DNA of 14,188 nucleotides from the NCBI GenBank assembly GCA_046726415.1, contig JBKPAK010000131.1, forward strand, positions 1 through 14,188. The letters are read 5' to 3'. Of this stretch, positions 7,535 through 14,188 are shown one piece after another. Within the stretch, counting starts at the first letter, position 1. Each line of letters starts with the position of its first letter. The notes beneath the pieces are model-generated. The model saw nothing but the letters and a program-made list of their open reading frames with translations. It did no database searches and was not told the origin of the DNA. The DNA is from Candidatus Methylomirabilota bacterium. GTDB lineage: Bacteria > Methylomirabilota > Methylomirabilia > Rokubacteriales > CSP1-6. The translations under genes were made by a program, and so were the position numbers.

Positions 7535-7657
7535 TTAGGTCGCGTCCGGCTTCCGTTCGGTGGCGGGCGTGCCGCTGAAGACCTCGATGATCACGCCAAG
7601 ATCGCGGTCGGTCGGGAGGTATGCGACCTTGGCGCCGCTGAACGTGCCGCTGAGCAA
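7535..7657 (-). pseudogene. 3' remnant of a VOC/glyoxalase-like (methylmalonyl-CoA epimerase-like) gene, probable former cassette
   Basis: Not in the ORF track. Reads [40 protein letters not shown], a VOC-like terminal strand pattern (VAYL-x-T-xx-LGVIIE). The stop lies 31 bp upstream of attC2. Confidence 0.6.
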
Positions 7658-7835
7658 TCAGCACGGCCGTGGCCGCGCGGCCGATGCCGGGCATGTTGTG
7701 GTGCTCGGCCAGCCAGAACCGCGTGTAGCCCCGCCGCTCCGCGTGCTGCGCCAGCTCCAGCGTGTGGCGGAAGGCCAGGGCCGGCGTGCCGCCTTGGACG
7801 ATAGGAGAGAGATCCAGGGCCGAGAGCGGAATCAT
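7653..7835 (-). pseudogene. 5' fragment of an LLM-class (luciferase-like) flavin monooxygenase
   Basis: [61 protein letters not shown] is a typical LLM N-terminus ([11 protein letters not shown]). Similarity ends after about 61 aa. Confidence 0.88.
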
Positions 7836-8209
7836 CCCCTGCAGGATACACGCTCGAGTGAGCGGTTGGCGGGCGGGGCAACCTTACCTCTACCCCCACA
7901 CTTCTCGTTCCGAATTGAATTCGAATCCCGCCTCTGCCAGGCTCTGTGTCGTCCATCAACTGTGGCAAGTTCCTCTGCGCGCGGTAAGGTGGGCCGGATA
8001 GTCTTGCCAAAATTCCGTTTACGAGGGCGGCCCGGGCGGATGACCTCCGGCGGCGGCGGGCGACTGAAAGGCGCTCATACTCTGAGGCCCGTAGGTACAG
8101 CCCCGATCGTGCCCCCGCGGTGGGTACGGCCGTTTGACTTGGGTTGCGCCGAAGCATACGCTTTTGCGCAGCATCGAGGGTCTCACGACGGCCTTCCGGG
8201 AGGAACCAG

Positions 8210-9679
8210 ATGAGCGCGCACCACCATACGCCCGAAGACATCCGCAAGAATCTCGACCACCCCGTCATCGACGGCGACGGGCATTGGGTCGAGTACACCC
8301 CGGTCTTTGCCGAAAAAATCCGCAAGGTAACGGGCGACCTCGGCGCCAACGGGTTCTTGCAGTCGCAGCGCCGCATACCCGATGCGCTCAGCCTGACCCT
8401 CGCGCAGCGCGCCGAACGTGGCGTCGCGATGGAGGGGTTTTGGGGCCGGCAATCGACCAACACGCGCGACCGCGCGACGGCGATGATGCCCAAGATGCTA
8501 TACGACCGGCTCGACGAGCTCGGCATCGATTTCGGCATCGTCTACCCGACCGCCGGGCTCGGCATCCCGCGCATCGCCGACGACGCGACCCGGCGCGCGG
8601 TGATCCGCGGCTTCAACATCGTCACCCATGACTATTTCAAGGACCTCACCGACAAGCTGACCCCGGCCGCGGTGATCCCGGTGCACACGCCGGATGAAGC
8701 GATCGAGGAATTGGAGTTCGTCACCAATCAGCTGGGCTCAAAGGTCTGCATGTTCGGCAGCGGCGTGCGCCGGCCGATCCCGCACGCCAAGGGGGTCCCC
8801 GCCGACCTCGCCCGCTATGCCCAGAGCTTCGATCAACTCGGCCTCGACAGCGATTACGATTACGATCCGCTGTGGGAGAAATGCCGCGAGCTCGGCATTG
8901 CGCCGACCTTCCATACCGGCGGCCGCTCCTATGGCGAGCGCAACAGCCCGTCTAACTTCACCTTCAACCATATCGGTCATTTCGCCGCGGCCGGCCATAA
9001 CGTCGCCAAGGCTTTGTTCCTTGGCGGTGTGACCCGGCGCTTCCCCGATCTGCGTTTCGCGTTCCTCGAAGGCGGCGTCGGCTGGGGCTGCCAGCTGTTC
9101 TGTGATCTGATCGAGCATTGGGAGCGGCGCGGTGCCAAGGGTCTGCAGAACATGGACCCGATCAAGCTCAACCGTCCGCTGCTGCGCGAGCTGGTTGACA
9201 AATACGGCTACGCCGAGATCGCCGCCGAGCTCGACAAGCGTGAGGGCTGGCCGCTCGAAGAGGATTTTCTCACCGGTGGTATGCCACCCGACGACTACAT
9301 CCACTGCAACATCACCCAGAAGCAGGATTGGATCGACCTCTACGCTACGCCGTACTATTTCGGCTGCGAAGCCGACGACCGGATGAACTCGGTGGCGTTC
9401 GGCAAGGCGATGCCGCTGGGGGCGCGGATCAACGCGATCTACAGCTCCGATATCGGACATTTCGACGTCGTCGACATGCGCGATCCGCTGCCCGAAGCCT
9501 TCGAGCTGGTCGAGGCCGGCCACATCACCGAAGACGATTTCCGCGACTTCGTCTTCGCCAATGCGGTGCGGCTGTGGGGCACGCAGAACCCGCGCTTCTT
9601 TGAGGGCACGGCGGTGGCCAGGGAAGCCGCGGCGTCGTTGAAGAGCGGCGCCCCGACCTTGCGCGACCCGGCGAAATAA
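8210..9679 (+). CDS. Amidohydrolase family protein (Amidohydro_2-like metal-dependent TIM barrel), 489 aa
   Basis: VIDGDGH metal motif, PTFH, FLEGG and YSSDIGHFD. ATG 8210 preceded by GGGAGG is preferred over the track start at 8144. Confidence 0.9.
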   Translation: MSAHHHTPEDIRKNLDHPVIDGDGHWVEYTPVFAEKIRKVTGDLGANGFLQSQRRIPDALSLTLAQRAERGVAMEGFWGRQSTNTRDRATAMMPKMLYDRLDELGIDFGIVYPTAGLGIPRIADDATRRAVIRGFNIVTHDYFKDLTDKLTPAAVIPVHTPDEAIEELEFVTNQLGSKVCMFGSGVRRPIPHAKGVPADLARYAQSFDQLGLDSDYDYDPLWEKCRELGIAPTFHTGGRSYGERNSPSNFTFNHIGHFAAAGHNVAKALFLGGVTRRFPDLRFAFLEGGVGWGCQLFCDLIEHWERRGAKGLQNMDPIKLNRPLLRELVDKYGYAEIAAELDKREGWPLEEDFLTGGMPPDDYIHCNITQKQDWIDLYATPYYFGCEADDRMNSVAFGKAMPLGARINAIYSSDIGHFDVVDMRDPLPEAFELVEAGHITEDDFRDFVFANAVRLWGTQNPRFFEGTAVAREAAASLKSGAPTLRDPAK

Positions 9680-9713
9680 CCGGAGCGCGGGCGTCTCGCG
9701 CGCCCTTCTACGC

Positions 9714-9747
9714 TCATGGCCGGGTCACGCCCGGCCATGACGCTTTT
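9714..9747 (+). terminator. Perfect 11-bp palindrome, terminator or REP-like
   Basis: TCATGGCCGGG-TCACG-CCCGGCCATGA followed by CGCTTTT, located between convergent genes. Confidence 0.6.
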
Positions 9748-9749
9748 GG

Positions 9750-10306
9750 GGACTGCGACCAGGAAGACGCCGGCGCCACCGCCGACGTGGAGCAACGGCG
9801 CGGCGAGCAGCGGCCCCAGCAGCCGTGCGCCGTTCTGGTTGGCCTGGAGGGGGGAGACGGCGTTGAGCAGATCGCGTGCAGGGACTAGGTTCCCCAGCAT
9901 CGCCTGCTCGATCGGCGTGCTGGACGAGCGAGACGCGCCTAGGATGAAGGAGACGAGGACGAGCGGCCAGGCGTTCTGGCCTCCCCTCCCATGCGAACCA
10001 GGCGAGCCCGAGAGCCGCGAGCAGACCGACCGCGTTCATGGCCAGCAACATCGTCCGCCGATCGTAGCGGTCGGCGAACACACCGGCGAAGGGGGTGATG
10101 ATGATCGATGCCAGGAAGGCAGCGAACACGACGCCGACGGTCGAGTGGTGGTGCAGCTCGAACGCCACCCAGCCGCACGCCGTGAGCGCGGTTATGTAGG
10201 CGACGCCCGACAGGATCGACGCCGTCCACAGCGGCCGAAAGCGCTTGTACCGAACGGCTGAGAAAATGCCCGCCCGATCTCCGCCCTCAAAGATGTTGGT
10301 CGGCAT
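9750..10306 (-). pseudogene. Truncated, frameshifted MFS transporter (N-terminal ~6 TMs only)
   Basis: FRPLWTASILS and motif A (FAGVFADRYDRR). After a frameshift near 9980 it continues AWPLVLVSFILGASR...MLGNLVPARDLLNAVS...ARLLGPLLAAPLL...GVFLVAV, then stops resembling MFS. Confidence 0.85.
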
Positions 10307-10360
10307 CCGCTCAAGGCTGCGCCCGCTTGCCCCAGGGCGTCAAGGTGGGCATCCGGTCGG

Positions 10361-10412
10361 ATCGCGTAGGAGTCGGCTCGATCTCATAGGAGTGGGCTCG
10401 ATCTCATAGGAG
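10361..10412. repeat. 20-bp tandem repeat, ~2.6 copies
   Basis: ATCGCGTAGGAGTCGGCTCG / ATCTCATAGGAGTGGGCTCG / ATCTCATAGGAG, with no spacers. Confidence 0.85.
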
Positions 10413-10590
10413 CGATGCCGGGCTGCCGGCACACGCGTCAACGTCCAGATGAGCTCCAGCCGCAGGGTGTTGTCGATTGAAGCGGCCGGCTAGCCATCGT
10501 ATACGACGGGCATGCCCGACGGAGATACCGGGACCGTGTGTAGCCCCCAACACCATCCGCGCACCGATCGAGGTGCCCGAGGAGACTCCC

Positions 10591-11337
10591 GTGCCATTCT
10601 ATGAAAAAGGCAACGTCCGCATCCGCTACGAGGAGGCTGGCTCCGGCTTTCCACTGCTTGTCACCCCCGGCGGCGGCTTGAACTCCCGCGTGAGCAATTG
10701 GCCGACCGCGGTGTTCAACGCCATGGAGGCCTTCAAGAACGACTTCCGCTGCATCACGATGGATCAGCGCAACGCGAATGGCGGCGAGTCGACGGGGCCC
10801 ATTCCGGCCAGCGATCCGTGGGGCGCCTTCGCCGACGACCAGCTGGGGCTGATGGACCACCTCAGCATCCAGAAGTTCTTCTACATGGGCTACTGCATCG
10901 GTGGGCCGTTTGGCCTCAAGCTCATCGAGCGGGCTCCCGATCGCGTCGTTGCCGCGGTGCTGTGCCAGCCGGTCGGGCACCGTCCGGAGAATCCCGACGT
11001 CATGTACAACTCCGGCCGCGACGGCTGGGCCCCCGAGCTGCGCGGGCGGCGTCCTGAGATCACCATGGAGAGCATCGAGGCCTACCTGCACAACCTCTAC
11101 CGGGCTCGGCCCGACTTCGTGTACAGCGTTTCGCGCGACTTCGTGCGCTCCTGCCAGACGCCGGTGCTCGTGATGCCGGACGACACGCCGGCGCATCCGT
11201 ATCAGACGTCCGTGGACATCGCCGAGCTCGCGCCGAAGGCCCAGTCGACGGTGTTTCCCTGGAGAGAGCCGAAGGATCTGCTCGAGAAGACGATCGACCA
11301 GGTGCGCGGCTTCCTTCGATCGCATCAGCCAAGATGA
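10591..11337 (+). CDS. Alpha/beta-fold hydrolase with Cys nucleophile elbow, 248 aa
   Basis: GTG start after GAGGAG. Motifs IRYEEAGSGFPLLVTPGG, ITMDQRNANGGES, MGYCIGG (GxCxG) and TPVLVMPDD. Confidence 0.88.
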   Translation: MPFYEKGNVRIRYEEAGSGFPLLVTPGGGLNSRVSNWPTAVFNAMEAFKNDFRCITMDQRNANGGESTGPIPASDPWGAFADDQLGLMDHLSIQKFFYMGYCIGGPFGLKLIERAPDRVVAAVLCQPVGHRPENPDVMYNSGRDGWAPELRGRRPEITMESIEAYLHNLYRARPDFVYSVSRDFVRSCQTPVLVMPDDTPAHPYQTSVDIAELAPKAQSTVFPWREPKDLLEKTIDQVRGFLRSHQPR

Positions 11338-11705
11338 TGGCCGGCCGCTGAGACGCCGCGCGCTTTTGCCCCCCGCGCGACCTCAATCGAGGGGCCTCGC
11401 TGGCGCGGTGCCCTCACGCCCGCCAGCCGGGGCGCCTTCGGCCCTAATGGGTACGGCGCCTCGCGGCCATCGGGACGTGGCCGCCGCCTGATCCGCTACG
11501 TGCCCGTGCGACAGCGGGTCTCGACGGCGTGTACAGGTGGCGCTCGCCCGACGCGGCGCCCGTGTTTCATCCCCTACCTCCACCCCACTGATGACGAGAT
11601 CGCCGCCATGGTCTCGGCCCTGTTGAGCCCGCTGGTCAGCGCTTGATGGATCGCCGGGGGCCCACCCGCACCTCGGCCGCCGACGGCGCGGGGTTGGCCG
11701 GGGCA

Positions 11706-12866
11706 TCATCCGCGACCGCGGGGCCCGGCGTGCGTGGCGAGGAATGCCCGATCGCGGACGAACCGCCCGGGCGCGAAGGCCTCGAGTGACCCGCGTGTCA
11801 CGACCGAGGATGAGATCGGCGATCGAGCGTCCCATGGCGGGACCGTAGAGGATGCCCTTGCGGGCGCCGCCGGTCGCCATGTAGACGTGCTCGAGCCCGG
11901 GCACCCGGCCGAGCACGAGCAGTCCGTCCGATGCCACGGGCCGCAAGCAGGCGGTCTGGTGCGCGATCTGGGCGTCGGCCATCGCGGGCAGCATCTTCAC
12001 AAGCGCGGCCCCGATCTCGTCGCGGGCCGCGGCCGTCGAGTCCTCGTCGAAGCCCGCCTCCTCTTCGGTCGTCCCCGCCCAGAGGAGGCCGTCGGTCTTG
12101 GTCGTGGCGTAGTTATGCCCCCAGCCGACCGAGCAGTCGACCGGCGGCCCGGGAGCCTGCAGGCGGAGGATCTGGCCCTTGAGAGGACGGACGTCGATGG
12201 GCACGCCGATCCCGTCCGACACCTCGGCGCTCCACGGGCCAAGCGCGAGCACCACCGTGGAGCAGGCGACCACGTCCCGCTCGAGAACCACGCCGGTGAC
12301 GCGCCCGCCGTCGCGCAGCAAGCTGATCGCTCGCCCGTGCCGGACCCTCACTCCCAGGCCTTCGGCGGCCCGGGTCAGGGCCAGCACCAGACGATAGGGC
12401 TCGACGCCGGCGGTGTCCTCGATCAGCGTCGCTCCCAGCGTCTCGTCCGAGACACGCGGCTCCACGCGGCGAGCCTCCGAAGCGTCCAGCCAGCGCGCCC
12501 CGTAGCCCGGCTGCCGCTGCTGCCAGGGCAGCGCGGCCTGGAGTGGCTGGACGTCCGCCTCGCTGAAGGCCAGCGCGAGCGAGCAGCGGACGCGGAAGTC
12601 GACGTCAATCCCGGTCTCCTCGACGAGGCTCTCGCGCAGTTCGCGATGCAACCGCATCCCGTCCTGGGCGATCTCGGCCAGGGCCCTGGGATGCCGAAAC
12701 CACTCAGCGGGCTGAGCCCCCCGTACGCGAAGCCGGAGGCGTGGCTGCCGATCGCGTCGCGCTCGACGACAACGCTCGGTACGCGAGCCTTCGCCCGGTA
12801 GTAGGCGGTGGTCAGGCCAGCGATGCCGCCGCCCACGATCACGACGTCGGATGAATTCTCGGTCAT
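11706..12866 (-). pseudogene. FAD-dependent oxidoreductase (DAO / glycine oxidase ThiO-like) with two frameshifts
   Basis: DVVIVGGGIAG...VVVER...HASGFAYG, then a frameshift near 12682 into ...PLKGQIL...ACLRP...ATGGARKGILYGP. A second frameshift near 11787 leads into the canonical terminal LEAFAPGRF, with the stop at 11706. Confidence 0.85.
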
Positions 12867-12957
12867 CGTCCGCCGATCCTGTCAAAGAACGCGAGAACGG
12901 TCAAACCGCCCGGAGCAGCGCGATATTCGCGACGCACACGAGCGCCCAGCGAGGGCA

Positions 12958-13770
12958 TCAGTCGCGGGAACGGCGCCCCGTGAAGCACGGCGCCCGCTTC
13001 TCGCGGAAGGCGGCGACACCTTCCGCACGGTCCGGCGTGCGGCCGGCGATCGCCTGGTTTCGCGCCTCCATGTTCAGGACGTCCTCGAGCGACATGCCCA
13101 GTCCTTGGTAGAGTCCCGTCTTGGCCAGCCCGTACGCCAAGGTCGGCCCTTGGGCCAGCCGCTCGGCGAGCTTCAGCGTCTCGTTCTCGAGCTGCTCCGC
13201 GGGGACCACGCTGTTCACGAGACCGATTCGCAACGCCTCGTGGGCGTCGATGATGTCGGCGAGCAGGATCATCTCCATGGCCTTGGCCGTGCCGATGAGG
13301 CGTGGGAGGAAATACGTTCCCCCGCCGTCGGGCACGAGACCCACGCGCGCGAAGACCTCACCGAAACGGGCCGTGTCGGCTGCGATGCGCAGGTCGGTGG
13401 CCAGCGCGATGTTCAACCCGGCTCCCGCGGCCACACCATTGATGCTGCCGACGATAGGTTTCTCGAGCCGCTGCATGCGGAGGATACAGCGGTTCAAGCG
13501 CTCGACGAGAGCGCCCCCGAGGTCGCCGTCGAAGAACGACTGCTGGCCCTCGCCGGCGCGATCGCGCTTCTGATCACCGCCCGACGAGAACGCGCGCCCG
13601 GCGCCCGTCAGGATCACCGCTCGTACCGTGGCGTCGGCCTCGAGCTCGATGAGGATGCGCTCGAGCTCGCCCATCATGGGCTCGTTCATGGCGTTGAGCG
13701 TCTCGGGCCGGTTCAGGGTCAGGGTCACGATGCTGTCGTGACGGTCATACAGAACGGATCCGTTCGTCAT
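12958..13770 (-). CDS. Enoyl-CoA hydratase/isomerase (crotonase) family, PaaG-like, 270 aa
   Basis: LTLNRPETLNA, AFSSGGD, GVAAGAG, FARVGLVPDGGG and EGVAAFREKR; AAGGAG RBS. Confidence 0.93.
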   Translation of the reverse strand: MTNGSVLYDRHDSIVTLTLNRPETLNAMNEPMMGELERILIELEADATVRAVILTGAGRAFSSGGDQKRDRAGEGQQSFFDGDLGGALVERLNRCILRMQRLEKPIVGSINGVAAGAGLNIALATDLRIAADTARFGEVFARVGLVPDGGGTYFLPRLIGTAKAMEMILLADIIDAHEALRIGLVNSVVPAEQLENETLKLAERLAQGPTLAYGLAKTGLYQGLGMSLEDVLNMEARNQAIAGRTPDRAEGVAAFREKRAPCFTGRRSRD

Positions 13771-13909
13771 TCGTGCGCTCCTTGCCCGGTAGAGAACGTC
13801 GTGGTCAACGCGTTGGCCGCGCCTTCCCGGATCACCATCCTACCTCCACCTGACCCTTGACGACCTCGCCGCGCCCGCTGATCAGATCGAGCTGGGCGAT
13901 GCTCGGTCC

Positions 13910-13934
13910 TGTCCCTCGCCGAAACTCCGTTCGG
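13910..13934 (+). mobile_element. Putative right terminus (5'-TGT) of the integrase-core element at the right window edge
   Basis: TGTCCCTCGCCGAAACTCCGTTCGG (minus strand ...GGAGTTTCGGCGAGGGACA), about 200 bp downstream of the transposase stop. TGT/ACA ends are typical of IS481-like DDE elements. Confidence 0.5.
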
Positions 13935-14134
13935 CTGACATCGCGACTTAGCCGGATGCTGAACGGGCGACACGCCGCTGAACGAAGCTGGGCTTCACGA
14001 CACGCTACGGGACACGGCGCGCCGTGTCTCGAAACGCGGCGTGGCTGCGCCAATGGCGGGCAGATCACGAGGAGCAAGCATAACGTGGTAATGGCAGAGG
14101 CGATGGTGCGCTTGGACGGCCGGGCGAAACGCAG

Positions 14135-14188
14135 CTATGCCGCTCGCCGGATGTATCGATGATGCAGGCCACCGACTTCGCGGATGGG
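14135..14188 (-). mobile_element. 3' end of an rve/integrase-core-domain transposase gene entering from outside the window
   Basis: Reads PIREVGGLHHRYIRRAA*, matching the characteristic GGLHHRYxRxAA C-terminus of this family. Confidence 0.8.

Noticed and set aside
7398-7835. 145-aa ORF as a real LLM monooxygenase
   Set aside because: Only the first ~61 aa are LLM-like. The rest is out-of-frame VOC sequence and attC2.
7960-8015. Sigma54 -24/-12 promoter at the TGGCAAG motifs on either strand
   Set aside because: The GG-N10-GC spacing is not satisfied in either case.
7836-8209. attI, Pc or intI upstream of the cassette array
   Set aside because: No tyrosine-recombinase motifs or recognisable attI. 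The divergent gene is an amidohydrolase.
8144-8209. Track start for the amidohydrolase (similarly 10477 for the hydrolase)
   Set aside because: The extensions are non-conserved-looking, and good RBSs precede ATG 8210 and GTG 10591.
10361-10412. Possible mini-CRISPR array
   Set aside because: The repeats are contiguous 20-mers with no unique spacers, and there are no cas genes.
11340-11705. Gene or structured RNA between the hydrolase and the oxidoreductase
   Set aside because: No recognisable protein motif or convincing structure beyond chance GC pairing.
11383-12885. 500-aa ORF as an intact oxidoreductase
   Set aside because: It lacks the GxGxxG N-terminus, which is in another frame, and has a spurious Arg/Pro-rich tail caused by frameshifts.
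197-13909. Composite transposon formed by the two flanking elements
   Set aside because: The termini differ substantially, the elements look like different subfamilies, and the outer ends and target duplication are outside the window, so it cannot be supported.

Overview
High-GC bacterial accessory region. Six intact genes are interleaved with about a dozen gene fragments. The intact genes are an SDR oxidoreductase, a 1128-aa class III nucleotide cyclase-STAND ATPase-TPR protein, an ankyrin-repeat protein, an amidohydrolase, a GxCxG alpha/beta hydrolase and a PaaG-like crotonase. The most notable structure is an integrase-less integron cassette array (CALIN) on the minus strand. Two well-formed attC sites (6564-6635 and 7409-7503) bracket the ankyrin gene as a complete ~845-bp cassette. 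The 3' remnant of a second, VOC-like cassette gene lies upstream, fused by an apparent deletion to the 5' end of an LLM-class monooxygenase gene. Both window ends lie inside rve/integrase-core (DDE) IS-like elements, with their inner termini visible. Other remnants are a Zn-ADH, a HEAT repeat, an IS91-family transposase, tRNA 3'-end-like att scars, a sigma54-activator AAA+ domain, a half MFS transporter and a frameshifted DAO/glycine-oxidase-family gene. All family calls come from motif recognition by eye; no searches were run.
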